A program made the translations under genes and the position numbers. The notes below the pieces were generated by a model, which was not told the DNA's origin, made no database searches, and worked only from the letters and a program-made list of their open reading frames with translations. Of a stretch of 64,000 nucleotides of DNA, positions 26,696 through 40,815 are shown piece after piece. Source of the DNA: Callorhinchus milii (taxonomy: Eukaryota). The stretch spans positions 90,832,001 through 90,896,000 of the forward strand of contig NW_024704743.1 in the NCBI RefSeq assembly GCF_018977255.1. Direction: 5' to 3'. Each line of letters opens with the position of its first letter. Position 1 is the first letter of the stretch.

Positions 26696-27097
26696 GTGGG
26701 CTCAGTTGGTAGCACTCTCGCCCCTGAGTCAGAAGGTTGTGGTTTCAAGACCCTGACACTAAGCTGACATTCCAACACAGTGCTCAGGGGTCGTTGCATT
26801 CTCGTAGTTGGCATCCTTTGGATAAGACGTTAAACCAAGGTCCTGTCTGCTTGTTCAAGTGGACATTGAAGATTCCATGGCACTATTCAAAAAGAGAAGG
26901 GAGTTTCTCTCGTTGTCCTGGCCGGCAATTCCCTGAACAAAATTTGTCATTCACTTCATAACTGTTTATGAGACATTGACGTGCTCAAATTGGCTGTAAT
27001 TCACCAGCACACAGTATCTCCACTGTACAGAATATCCTGTTAAGCACTTTGAGACTCCTCCTGGAGTGCAAGGATACCAAATGTAAAGAATGTTATT
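26696..27097 (+). mobile_element. Older tRNA-headed SINE with a Deu-domain-like core (AmnSINE1/SacSINE1 superfamily)
   Basis: Head GGCTCAGTTGGTAGCACTCTCGCC..GAGTCAGAAGGTTGTGG. Core GATAAGACGTTAAACCAAGGTCCTG...GAAGATTCCATGGCACTATT...TGTCCTGGCC matches my recollection of the Deu domain. Confidence 0.75.
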
Positions 27098-30000
27098 CCA
27101 CACAGGACAGCAGAAGGAGATACTACAATTTTCCTGAAAGGGTTAGGGAAATTGCAGAATAAATGTACATCACACAAACAAACCTAGCCCTGTTTAATCA
27201 CATGTCTTCTGCAACAAACTGACAGCCCCAAATTAATCTCTACTAATCTCAGTTTTCAACACAGACAACCTAAGGAAACTGGAGTATTTTTTTCATTTTG
27301 ATCAGTGTGTAATTAAGTCGATTAGCAGGCCTTGCTCTTAAGCACACCCAGTTTTAATCCTCCGAATGTTCATCCAATGAGGGTCACCTACAAATCACCC
27401 AGAATTCTGAGAGAATCGGTCCACTATTAAATGCGACTTTAAAAAAGAGCTCAAGGGAGATGTGCAAACAGCCCAATTATGATTAATAAGCCTTTGTGCA
27501 TGCAACTACAGGTCTAAGCAATGTCTGCTTTCAGCGTTATGCAGCTTCACTCGTCTGCACAAGTGCAAGAACCTCATCACCAGACATTTCCAGGGACATC
27601 CCAAAACTGCCAGGTTTTCTGCACGTGTTTCAACATGTGCTTAATATTACAAAGTACTAAGATAGTAAAAAAAAATCCGTTTATACATCTCTACAGGCAG
27701 AAAGGCTTTGAAGCCAATTCTTTAAACGTGCAGGGAGAGAATGTGCTATCTAATTGGGAGTGGGAGCCTTTTGATGTAAAAACTTGGAAGATTGGAACGA
27801 TATCCTCATGATTGAGTCAGCTCTTCCTCAAAGAACTCAAAGACTTTACCAAATTCACCACTTAGGCCAATTTTCGCTGCCTCAAGCCTAGGGATCCCTT
27901 TTATTTTTCAATGATGCCTTGCCCTGTGGCATATCAGCTCACTCAGAAGATTTTGATCTGTTCAAAACATTTGATCATAGTCAACTAACTGGTTGTTTTA
28001 AAGTCTCTCTTTTTTTAAAAGCTTGCCAAATTGTAAATCCACAACCAGAAAGTTTACAAGGTATACTGCAAAGTGTAATGACAGTATTTTGTCGGAGAAT
28101 TGCTGCAGCTAATTGCGTACAACAATGTCCCACAAACAACAACAAGATTACATTTGTATAGCACCTTTAACGTCGGGAGGTGCTGAAGTGAATGACCAAT
28201 TTTATTTAGGGGATTTTAAACTTGAAAAAGGTATTACTGTACTATATCTCTGCTACAAGAGATCCCTGTGCATATACTGTATGCTAAGCAATAAATAACA
28301 AAGAGAACATACTATACTGAGATCAAGAATATACATTTGAGTGTGACACCTAGATCAGGAATAGTACACATTGGCACTAAAACAGAAAGCGAGTGATTTT
28401 CACATCTGGAAATAGCAGTCAATGGCTCCAGAGGCACAACTTCAAAGACAATTGCAATTATAAACCGTGGTGCAAGGCCGACGTGTGGCGTCCACTGACA
28501 GCTTGACTACTAGCTAAATACATGTGTATGCAATTGCATTGACGGTTCACATCGGGCGGATTGACTGTATTTTGTCGGTTTCTTTCATCCTTGATACGAC
28601 TCACTATAATTTTATAAAGCACAATTTAAAAGTCAAAGTGAACTGTTTGATTCCACTGACAAAGGATGAGGCTTCAAAGAAGTTTCTTCCCCCACATTGC
28701 TGATTGGCAATATCTGCTCAAATATTCACTTATCAATAGTGATTCTAACCACTGGTGCTTTTACAGCAAATAATTTACCTATTAATACTTTCGAGTTTAT
28801 CTTCCAAAAATCAAGGCAAGCCATTGTGATAAAAATGCAAGTTATTTCTTAACTTGCTATTTGACACCGCATGAAATAAAACTTAAAATCACTTATGATG
28901 GAATTTTTAATTCCCAAAAGGAATAGATCTGTAAATAAATCAACAGCAAGGATTGCTGCAGTCATGTCCATCAGGCTAAGCAAGCTCAGTTTCAAAGAAG
29001 TGTACTATGGTGATGCTAAATAAACTTTCATTAGAAACAGCCCATCACAAACTCAGTCCAATATTCTACAAACAGCATACAGGGACAGCAACACTGCGGG
29101 TTTTGAAGTTTGATGCATCTTATTTGCATTCTCAAAAGTCCAACACATCAGTACATAAAGACCTTCAGTACATAAACTAACAGGCAGAATATACAGTAAG
29201 AGGCAGGAAAAGTTGTTACCGTTTTACATGAATTCACCATTCTATCTTAAAGAGATTTCCCACCCCTTTTCCCTCATCCCATCCAACACCCAAATACATC
29301 CCAATTCCATGTTTTTTGCAAACAGTCAGGGGAAGATGTGTCCAATTAAATTTAATGCCGACAACAAATGTTGAATGATGGAATCTGCAAATTTGAAGAC
29401 AGGGACATCATGCGGCTACAAAATATAGATGTTGGTGCATATTCACAGCCTTCACAATCCACAGACACAAACTGAATTTATGTCAGAATGTACTGTAGGT
29501 GAACTTGTAAAGCTGATGTATTGGATTATGACTGACATGGGAATAATCCAACATCAACAGGTTGATAGTTTACCACCAACAGACAAGGTTAATATATGTC
29601 CTCTAAATGATCCAGATTACATATTGCCCTACCACCAGTGTGCTTATTGATTCTAGCAAGCTTTGCATTCCAAGAAAAATGCTCGTGTTTATTAACGCTG
29701 AATTGCCCATGTTCATTCGGAGTTAATTTCTTTCCATTTACAAATGCCGCAGGGTAATTTCAGTGATGTTACATTCGATAATTCCACAGAAACCAATATG
29801 TTACAGGTCACGTTAAGTTTAAAAAAAAAAGCCTCAACAAGTTGGTGAATATTAACGGCATAATTAACTTGGACAATACAAGACGAAAAAAGCAGAGCAA
29901 ATGTAGAAGTGTGCGCCCAATGAATTCTATCTTTCACTGTGCTTGCTTTGCTACTGTGCCTTTTTATAACCTGCAAATTGAAAAAAGGACGGAGTGTATG

Positions 30001-32242
30001 CAGGAACCGGATGTTCGCAGGACACAATATGCCAGTCAACCGATGAGAGCACATATCATCCACACAGCTCGGAACCAGCATAGATGCAAAGCAATCAGAA
30101 GATAGGTCGGAGAGCAGAGATTGGCAGTCAACTTCTTCTCTCATGCACTGCCCACTCTAACCAGAGGCACAATAGAAATCCATTCAGTTCAGGCTGCACA
30201 TTCACCATTTGCAGTCAGAGTACACAGTGACATTGAGTGTCACCACCTTCAAGGGTATGTTAGCCTCCCGTGACAAATTTGGCACACAAGCAAAGGCAGA
30301 ACCGCCGTTGGCAGTCACTCTGAGTAAGCACTGAACGAAAATCAACCGCTAACCACACTGGGTGTGCGAAGAAAATGAAAAACAGAAGATCGATATAGGT
30401 GCCACTTGTACAGCTCCAAGAGGCGATCAAGGACAGCACTAACAGACCATCTGGTACAGGTTACTTCCTGGTGTGCTACTTGAAGAGATCAGAAAAAAAG
30501 GGGAATAGGAAGCAAAATAAGAATGGAAACAAGAACAAGATGCTGTACTAAAAGCTATTTTTTTAAAAAAATTCAATGGGGAATGGTCAAGTGATTAGAG
30601 ACAATTTTTTTTAAAAAAGGAAGATAATTTCCACACAGCTCATCACGTTTCAGGGCAAGGCTCAGTTACTTAGATCGCATTTATTGAATAACTGCACCAT
30701 CCCCAGAGAAAACCTGCTCTATCTCCGTGGTCCTGCACGTTGGCCTGTGCAAACAACTATCAAAATGAAACAATAACTCCAGATTTAGCAAATCGTAGCT
30801 CCAAAAAAACAGCCTAATATCAATCGTTTGCCAAGTATGTGATTCAGACTTTTTGGTGCAGCTGCGGAAAGCCTAACACATGCCAGAACTTGCTGGCAGC
30901 AATACAATAGCACGATCTTGGTGCAAGGACAATTTGCAAACTCAGTGCCTACAACACTTGCACAGGAAATAGAACCACTAATAAATCAGGATTTACACAC
31001 ACCCTGTGAAGCGGTCTCTTTGTGGAGTTGAGAAGAGATCTCGTGTTGTGTAGTGCTACCCATGGAGCCTTTGCAATTGGGTTGTAAGCTTCAAACACTT
31101 GAGCACCGGCTTGAAAGAAAAGCTGGAGACTTGTCAATCTGTAATGCTTCAACCTGACCAAAACGTTTCCCTGGTTGCTGAGGGCACAGCGACACAATAG
31201 ACAGGTGTAAATACAAAGTGGTACCAGGGCTTTGGAACAATGAACTATCATATGCCATGGCTACTACAATAATTTAGTGGATGAATGTAAAAAAAAGATG
31301 CAATAGATACTGAGCCACAAAGGCTAAAGTTTATTCACCCTTGAACTGTGCTAAACTAGTGGTTACATAGTTCTTAGGACCTCCCGCAAGACTAAGGAGA
31401 AACAAAACAGTCAGGGCTCACCATTCATCATTGATATAGGATGATACCTTCAAGAAAGTTTACCTACGTGGATGTTGAATTGCATTCGGCTCTGGAGCCT
31501 TGCTCTCCAAGACAATCAGCGCGGTAAGCTCTCCAAATAGACTTAATTGTGAACAACAACTAATTAATTGCGCAAGGTACCGAAGGGCTGCTAGCATCTG
31601 TACAAGCATAACCTCAGATGAGTTACTGCAATGAACAGGGGACAGGAAAAAGCAGGAACTTGGGCCAAAAATAAATTGAATGGAAGAGGAGGGGGGGGCG
31701 GGAAGTTAGAAAAATCTAGCTTTTGATTTTGAAACATCATACTAATGCAGTAAAGGTATTTTTCCACAAGACTAATGTTTTCCAAGCCGTCAGTCTGTAT
31801 TCCCAAAGCACAATAACTTGTTAAGCAGATGTGATGCAGGTCAACTCCAGAACAATAATGCACAGAGCAACAGCTGCTTGTGTCTTTATATTGCAACTCT
31901 GTAGATTAATCCGAAACAAACTCAGGATTAAAAAGGAAGTATAACATTGGCCAAATGTTTCTTCTAACAGTAAACATCCTTTTAAAACTACAGTACGTGC
32001 ATTTATAAGCTGCTTACTGTCTTTGTTGTTCATCTTCAACAATAGGGTTCCCACTTATAGCTTTAAGAAGCCAGGAAAAGCCTTCACTGGAGATTTGTTG
32101 CTAAACCTCACCTGGCAATGCACACTCTTAGCCAGGTTAGTGGTGGGGTGAGGTGGGTGGGGGAGTGGGCTTACTTACCTGAAGCCAAGTCTTTGAAAGC
32201 CACAATTTCAGAAATAAAACCTAACTGGTCCAAAACATTGAC

Positions 32243-32449
32243 TGGAACTCCACCTCCCAGTCCCTCCGTCTCGCTCCCTCCCTCGCCACCTTCAAGACCC
32301 TCCTCTTTGACCGTGCTTTTGATCGCCCTGCTTCCCCGCCGCCCTCCCCCTTCCCCAGCTCGGGTCTGAAATGCTGTACACTGTCCAGAGCTTTGGGACG
32401 TCCTCCCGACGTAAAAGATGCTACACAAATGTAATTTTTTTGTTATTGT
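32243..32449 (+). mobile_element. L2 3' terminal fragment
   Basis: CCCCAGCTCGGGTC..GGGACGTCCTCCCGACGT..AAATGTAATTTT. Confidence 0.85.
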
Positions 32450-32949
32450 CTTACAATTCGAGATTTTTCACATAACGCTAATAGCTGTATTTTCTTGCAG
32501 ACTCCAGAGAGACTCGGAATGGGTAGTTACGCTGATTGGCAGCCATGGATTCCTGTTGAAGGTAACTGTGTGTGGATGTTAGAAGATTTAACTGCATTGT
32601 CCATTTACTCCCCACTTGTCCCCCACATTATAGTCTGCCTATAGAAGACTGAATGGGCAGAAGGAACACAAGGGAACACATCATATCTGGAAGTGGTCCC
32701 AGAGGAAGGAAAAACTGAGTCAAACCAAATAATATCCGATTACTGCGAAGACTTTGTTTCAAAAGTTTTAAAAGAGAAGGGAAAATAAATCAAGTAAAGG
32801 CAGCAATAACAAGGCAGTTATTTTGCCAGAAGAATAGTACAATATAGTTCTGATTAAGTTATTCTCATACCTGGAATGTATTCTAAATCTCACTGATTAT
32901 TTTAATATAATACTCTGCACTTGCTCCTGAATAGATAGGGTCATCAGTG

Positions 32950-33420
32950 AGTATTTAAAATTTATCTTTAAGTACTGCTCGGTCACAACTCATAATAACA
33001 ATATGATCAGCATTCAAGTGAAACATTACTCCCAGGTATTTAATTACATCTCTAGCTCATAAAAGTAGAAGATGATGTGTTTTGTGAAATACAACAGAAT
33101 TTATTCAAGGATATAAACTCATGCTTCAACTAATTTATTTCAAGATCCTGAAAGTATGGAGGAACTCTGCTAGTCAACCAGCTCTAAGCATTCTGAGAGA
33201 GAAGTATGGGGGATTATCAAAAGGAAAATATCCTCTACGTACAACTTAATCTTGCGTTTGTGGTTTCTCGTAATAATCCCTTCAATACTCTGATGATCTC
33301 TGTAGCTCCAGCAAATGATTCTAAAGCCAAAGCAAATAGAGAATATCACTCGGATCACACTCTAGTTAATGGGAGCTCAGCAGGTCCACAGATCACTGGA
33401 GTATATCATTTAATCACCTT
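32950..33420 (-). mobile_element. Highly degenerate L1-clade RT fragment
   Basis: Across a frameshift: LFALALESFA / HQSIEGI..HKRKIKLYVEDIFLLI..PHTSL, resembling the L1 motif LFALA.EPLA..I.GI..K..LYADD.LL. Confidence 0.6.
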
Positions 33421-33564
33421 TAGATTTGATATTGCGGCTATCATGTCAATGTCTCAAAGTTCTTCTCAGTTAATTGCTGCGTTCAGTGGCTGTGCATTTG
33501 TAGGCAGATGGGGAGGTCAATTTGCACACAGCAATGGTCACAAAAAGCCATGAAGTAAATTACC

Positions 33565-33800
33565 AGTTTATCTGGAGGATTACTATCACCAGGAGAAACT
33601 CATTTATCTTTTCAAATAGTGCCATGGGATCTTTAACAAACACCTGAACAGGCAGACGAGAACTTGGATTAACGTCTCATCCTATGGGCGGCACCTCTGA
33701 CAATGAAGCAAAGAGAATGTGAGCTCCAAAGTCCTAATGTGGAGCTTAAACCCACAACCTTCTGACTCAGAGACAAGAGTTCTATCAATTGAATCAAGCT
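33565..33800 (-). mobile_element. Degenerate older Deu-type SINE, 5' half
   Basis: AATAGTGCCATGGGATCTTTAAC..CACCTGAACAGGCAGAC..TTAACGTCTCATCC..CCCACAACCTTCTGACTCAGAG. Similar fragments at ~38920-39040 (-) and ~7085-7290 (+). Confidence 0.7.
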
Positions 33801-34167
33801 GACACACGCCCTGCAGTTACACAAGTGTTTATACACCCACGAGCACTGCAACAATTGTGACAAATGTACAAAACTCAAGTGCTGATAAATTGGGTCTCTA
33901 TCACTTCTAACCATGCTGCTTCTGATGACGTGTTCCAATTGAGCACGAAGCTTCAGCATCACTGTGCAAAGCCAGCTTTCAGTAGCTATGCCCTAAAAAC
34001 TGGAGATTGCCACAACTGTATAATTATAGGCAACATATTCCTACAGTCTTTTGTACTTTACTTTACTTCATCTCTACAGATATTGGTCACATTTTCGTTA
34101 ATCCTTGAAAATGTTATAGTGATGTGAGGAGAGAAAGAGGGAGAATGTTACTGAAAATCATTACAAT

Positions 34168-34742
34168 TGGGCTCGACTATGCCAACTCCCTGCTCGTTGG
34201 CCTTCCCAACTCTTCCCTCCACAAGCCGCAGATCATCCAGAACTCTGCAGCTCATGTCCTCTCCCTCACCAGGCTCCGTGACTGCATTACACCCACCCTC
34301 GCCCGGCTCCCTTGGCTCCCCATCTCTCAAGAGGATCGAGTTCAAAATTCTCATCCTCACCTTCAAGGCCCTCCATGGCCTTGCCCCCTCCTACCTCTCC
34401 AACCTGCAAACCCCTTATCAACTTGTCCGCTCCCTACGTTCAGCAGGCTCCGGCCTGCTTCATGTCCCCGGGGGCTCCACCATCGGCGGTCGGACCTTCA
34501 GCCTCTGTCCCCACCCTCTGGAACTCCATCCCACATTCCCCTCGCCTCACTCCCTTGCCTCCTTCAAGGCACACCTCAAGATTCCCCTCTTCCACCATGC
34601 CTTCAGCAACCCTCCTACCCTCTTTGGCCTCCACCCTCCCTAATCCTAAACACCCCCACCCTGGTCCTAATCCCTGACTGTTGAGCAATTTGGGACGTCC
34701 TCCCGACGTGAAAGGCACTTTACAAACGTAATACTGTATTGT
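34168..34742 (+). mobile_element. L2 3' fragment
   Basis: LDYANSLLVGLP..IIQNSAAHVL..WLPI; RIEFKILILTFKALHGLAPSYLSNL; 3' hairpin. Confidence 0.92.
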
Positions 34743-36452
34743 AAAACTTAAAGACAGCTCGTGTCTAATTAAAACTTGGATCATCCCATCTCCAACATCA
34801 AAGCCTGCTAGTGAACCCATAAGTTTGGTTGTGCATTACATGGGAGCTCAATGAAAACATTAACTAAGCATTGGCTGTTAAACTCTTTAGAGTCAACAGA
34901 ACATTGAAGGCCAGCGACCTTTTTGGATTTATAAAGACTAAGGCTTTATCATAGCTCACATTTATTTCAGTTTGGTTTGGACATAGGCAGTTTAGTTGGA
35001 ATTCAAAATGAAAAAATCTGACAGGCCCAAAACTGAAATGCGGTGGACAAAGACAACAACTTGCAATAGCGCCCTTCATGTGTCTGAGCGCTGGAGCCAC
35101 AACCTTCTGACCACCGAAGCAACTTTGCTTACAAAGAATCAAAGTGTTTGTCTTAAGACGCATACAGTTCCCCAAACCAGCAAGTACTATGGTAAGCAGT
35201 TCATCAATACACAAGTACTTACTATGCTGGTAAGCCTTTACTATTAATTAAATTACCAGCATCTTCAAACAAATATTACCTTTATTTGCTTAGGAACAGA
35301 CGTTATTGTAAAATCATACCAAAGAATTGTGCACAATTTTCTCTAATGCTACTATGCATCTATAATTAACCATTTCCCAAGCCAGTTGTGATGTGGAAGT
35401 GATCGTCAAGGCACCGGTGTTTCATAGTAGAAGTAGTTCCTTGAAAACTGTTCACTGATTTCACAATCAGTGTATGGATTGTACGTGTACCTGATTTTAC
35501 GTGTATGGATGGATATCAGGTGAGAAAAGGAGTGGGTTCTAGGCGTTCAAATCTTTTTCTTCCTCAAACAGACAATATACAGGTCTCCTACACAAGTGAC
35601 CATTCATGCGCAAGTGCAAATAGCACATATTTTTGACTGTGACGACACCATAACCAAGTTCATTTCGTCCTCATATGCAGATTTTCCAGGAGGGGATACT
35701 GGATACTGCTCAGGAACAGAAACCCTTGCAGACTTTTTCTCCATTCTAGAAACTGAGGCAAATTGTGGCATCCAACTAATAATGCACCACAGCTGCAGGA
35801 TTGAATCTGGACAAATTGAATAGTGAGTGTAAACATTTTGGTCAACACCATTTTTAGTATAGTTTGTTCAAACTTTGTTTGCACCAGGGAAAGGATTAGG
35901 AAACTGTTAAGCAATAAATAATGTGAATAACCTGAAATGAAAGTCCATGGATTCACATTATAAAATCTTTGTGCCTTTATATATAATCCTGTACTTATTG
36001 AACTACATGAACAAAGTAACACCTGGCCTGTCGAGCATAAAACAATCTTTGCCAAACTACTGTATCAAAGTAGCACTGGCTTTGATACCAGCAGCAGAAG
36101 ATCAGATCTAAAAACTGACAGCATAAACCCCACCACATCTACAGATTAAGTGAAGACTCAGAGAGCTATTAATAACCTTTCTTGGTTTCTAACCAGCATC
36201 TGACAGTGCTGGGAATCAAGTAAATAAATCTTCACACAAACTGAAAAACAGATTTGCAGTGCCTTGGCCATTGGAGGTAGAAAAACTGAATTCACGAAAA
36301 ACCCTTAGAAAGCTTGCACTGGCAGCACAACACATTGCAGCATAGTTCTATTAATTGAGCTACAAAGATATCCATAGCCCATTCTGTGAATTTAACAGTA
36401 TCTGTTTCACATCTAGTTTAACAATGAAATAATCAAAATGATTGCAAGCAAG

Positions 36453-36768
36453 AATAATTAATAATAATAATCCTTGCATTTGATATAGCGCTTTTCACGT
36501 CGGGAGGACGTCCCAAAGCGCTTCACAGAAAACACTGTAAAGTGAATTGACTGTATATTTGTGGGCGAACGCGGCAGCAATGTCCCACAAACAGTCGTAG
36601 ATTGAAAATGACCAATTTGTTATTGTTTTTGGTTTTGGAGGGATTATTATTAGGCTCTGTGTGGAGTAAGGAAACTTGCCCAAGGTTTCGCCCTGACCTG
36701 CCGGGGATTGAACTCAGGTCTCTCGCTTGCAAAGCGAGTGCTCTAACCACTGAGCTACAGGACTCCAC
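36453..36768 (-). mobile_element. Family A SINE, full length with small internal deletion
   Basis: Same head, body and tail; lacks CAATTGCGCACAGC. Confidence 0.93.
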
Positions 36769-37282
36769 AATTCATAATTCAATGCAATAAAGACTAATCT
36801 GGGCTCATAGTGGGATTGGGGGAGAAAGGGGACGATAGAGGAGGAAAAGATTCCATCTGAGGCAAGAAGAACATAGCACCCTGGAATAAAGTAAGGATTA
36901 TTAGTACTCATATTCAGTTTTCCTGTGCAGCAACTTATTTTGTTTGAGGTTTGCAATCTTAACTCTTCTGCAAAGAGTATGGGTAAGTAGAGGAGCCGAT
37001 TCCTCTCACCCTTTCCTAAATGATAACCCAGGACAGGACAGTTCAAGGTTATTCACAAACATAAAAGTGCCACATAGGACTAAGAATTCCCTGAAGCAAA
37101 TATTCAGAAACAGCGGTGAACCTGTTCTCTATATAATTTGTTCAAAATGAGCTCCATTTGTTGAACACATCTGCAGTTTTCTCACATTAACTTTGTGTAA
37201 GTGCTGGTGTAAGGAAAATTTGTGTAAGCAAAAACATCATCAATACAACAATAAGGAATTTCCACTTGGTTGAACTTGGTTA

Positions 37283-37597
37283 AATAATAATAATCCTTGC
37301 ATTTAATATAGCGCTTTTCACGTCTTCGACATTTCAAAGCGCTTCACAGAATATGCTGTAAAGTAAATTGACTGTATATTTATGGGCGAAACGTGGCAGC
37401 CAATTGCACACAGGAGTGTCCCACAAACAGTCGTGGATTGAAAATGACCAATTTATTATTGTTTTTGGTTTTGGAGGGATTATTATTAGGCTCTGTGTGG
37501 AGTAAGGAAACTTGCCCAAGGTTTCGCCCTGCCTGGAATTGAACTCAGGTCTCTCACTTGCAAGGCGAGTGCTCTAACCACTGAGCTACAGGACTAC
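37283..37597 (-). mobile_element. Family A SINE, full length
   Basis: Same head, body and tail. Confidence 0.92.
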
Positions 37598-39884
37598 ATG
37601 AAGAGACTTCCCTTTTGCCAGATATTTTGCATATGTTCCTCACTTTTAAAATGAGACCCCGGAATTTTGCATCACAAATCACTGCCTTGAAGACATGGGG
37701 AAACCTTGTTCATGTACTTTTCCTTCCCCTTTCATAACCCTCAAGTCACACAAACACACAGCAAACTAAACATCTCAAAAAGATAGGATCTATAGATCCT
37801 AGTAATGAAAACTAGTATTTTCTCTCTCGCCGCCGCCTCCTCCTCCTTGTTGTATAATTTACTCGGTAAGATATATTAAACCTGCATGTGGTTGAAAATT
37901 GTACATCACAGCTCAATTACCTTATGACTCAGGCCTGGTAGTAAAGTATATCACCTTGCCTATTCATATTGTGTGCAAGTTTTTTAGGACATGTTTTCAG
38001 CCTGCTGAGGAAACACACCAATTATAATGGAGACAACACCACACTACATACTGCTGAAATCAACTAAGTAACTTCTATTTTTGCTTCTCCTTTACCCCAT
38101 TTTTGTTTTCCTTCATTATTCCAATGTTGTAAATAAATTCTTGCATTTGATAGATTTCTTCAATTATCTGGGAGAACTAGGCAGGCCAAGATTGTGTTTG
38201 AGAATGGATTGCTACTCACTTCTTCCCTTTACTCTCTCTCGTATAAATGTTCCATTTCACAATCCTAGCCAAGAACTGAAACACTCATTTTAATGGGAGG
38301 TGGCAGAAGAGTTTGAAAAGGTCAGTGGTGGCTGGTATTCCAAATCAAACCCTTGAGTTCAATTTGTATCATTTTTGCAACAAAAGCAAATCAGATATGT
38401 GAGGAAATTCACAAAAGAGTCTAGACAATTGGTTGTTACAGTTTTCCTCGAGTGCAGCAATATGCACATGTAGTTCATGCATTTTAAGGTTTGATAGCCA
38501 TCCCAACACATTTGATAATTTGTAACACTCGCTTTTCATCTAAATGTAGCTGCTCATTATGCAATCATTTGACATCCAAGATGAATCACCAATTGCTGTT
38601 TCCTGCACCACATTCACACACAGTAGCACTTCCCAAAAGCTTGATCTACAAAGTGAGGGTAAAACATAAAAAGGAAATGTCACATCCTTTATCATACACT
38701 GGGTGATACATTTGGTACTGCTTACTCAGTAAGTATCTCAGCCTCAATCAAAAATGGCAAGAATTTAAAGTTGAGGTTCTGCAAAAATATATAAGGTTTA
38801 CCTAAAAAACATTTCCTCCTCTCCCCCCCCCAAGCTATTGAGACAGAAATGCAATGCCCCATTTGGATAGATCCTGTGACCCAAGTTACGTTATAAAATA
38901 CCTTTTTTTGAGCTAAAGGATTGTTGGCCAGGATACTAGGAGAAACTCCCTTCTCTTTTTGAATAGTGCCATGGAATCCTTAATGACCAATTGAACAGGC
39001 ATGGCTCATCCGAAAAAGGGCACCTCTGACAATGCAGCTCAAATGCATTTTTGGTGTAAGATAAAACATTTCTGAAATTTAAATTTTAAGTAGATTAACT
39101 ATTGTGATGCACTTAAGCATTGCCTCAGCTGTATAAAGGGGAATTCCTTTTTTTAAACTGTTCTTCTCCAAATGATATTCTCCTCAAGAGAGCCAACCTT
39201 CCAGATTGACTATTAATCAATTCTCTGAGGAGTTAAAGTAATCATTCGCAAACTTTACTGATATGACATTTTAAATGTACTAACCAACTACAGAAGCACA
39301 ACAAGAAGACAAAACAAAAGATAGTCCTCTAAAACTGGAGATTTGGAGGACACACAAAAAAAGCGAATGCATTTTACACATCTAAATGAGGTAACAGATA
39401 AGAGTATCACAACAATTACACAGTAGTTGCATTTATGTGGAAAATAAAACATTAGAAATGAGAGTTCCATTGATTTTACTGCACCAAAAAGGCATCCGAC
39501 TTGATCAGCCTCTTTGCTTGTCCCGAATCGCCCTTAGCAAAGGGTTTTCTATAAGAAATCACATCCATGTTATTACAATGAACTCAGAGATGGGTTGTAC
39601 TTTTGGCAGCCACTGAACATCGAATTCATAACTTCAAAGACATAGCAGATTAAAAGTAAAAACTAAGAGAAAACAGCACCAAGAAGATAAAGAGCAGAGC
39701 ACAGGAACTGAAAAAAATCAATTTATCAGCCAACCTAACTTCAAATATCTAAACAATCTACTTGCTGAAGGCTTGAAATGTTCTAAATAAGTGCACTCGT
39801 CAAGCTAAGTGTAGAGGAAAATTTCAATGTCACTTAAGCCTTTACTACGGCTTGTCAAAATAAATGTTACTCTCCCAAGGCACT

Positions 39885-40815
39885 GAATAATCAGAGACTG
39901 GGAGGGGGTGTGAATAATCAGGGACTGGGAGGAGGGCTTGAGACATACCTTGAAGAGCGCAAGGCAGGGAGCAAGGCGAAGGGAATATAGGATGGAGTTC
40001 CATAGGGTGGGGCAAAGAGGCTGAAGGCCCGACTGCCAATGGTGAGGTAGGCCAAGCAGAGGACAGGGGACACGGAGCAGTTCGGAGACTGCTGAGCGGA
40101 GGGAGCAGATAGGTTGATAGGGGGTTAGCAGGTCGGAGAAGTAAGAGGGGGCAAAGCCATGGAGGGCCCTGTAGATGAGGACAAGAATTTTGAACTTAAT
40201 CCTCTGAGGGATGCGGAGCCAGTGGAGTCGGGCAAGGGTGGGTGTGATGGGATCACAGAGCCTGGTGCGGGAGAGGACACGAGCTGCAGAGTTCTGGATG
40301 ATCTGCAGCTTGTGGAGGGAAGAGTTGCGAAGGTTGACAAGCAGGGTGTTGGCATAGTCGAGCCTGGTTGTAATGAAGGCATGTATGAGAGTTTTGGCGG
40401 CCTGAGGGGTGAGGCAGTATTGGAGTCAGGAAAAGTTGCGGAGGTGGGGGAAGGCAGAGCAGGTCATGGCACAGATGTGGGGGAGAAGAACAGTTGAGGG
40501 TCGAACAGGCCGCTTAGATTCCTGACTGGCTTGGTGAGGTGGAGTGTGCATCCATGGATGCTGATGCTGTCAGTGCCTGAGGTGCAGTCTTGCTGACGTT
40601 CAACTGTAGAAAGTTGGCTCTCATCCAGGACTTGATGTCCGACGGGCAGTCTATCAGGACAGCAGTGGTCCTGGGGTTGTGGGTGGAGGCAGAGAGATAG
40701 AGGTGGGTGTCATCCGCGTACATGTGGAAGTTGACCCCATGTCTGTGGATGATGTCAACAAGAGGGAGCATGTAAGGTTGAAGAGGAGAGGCCCGAGGAC
40801 AGAGCCCTGAGGATA
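39885..40815 (-). mobile_element. L2-clade LINE fragment
   Basis: [28 protein letters not shown] (YADD RT motif). Confidence 0.92.
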
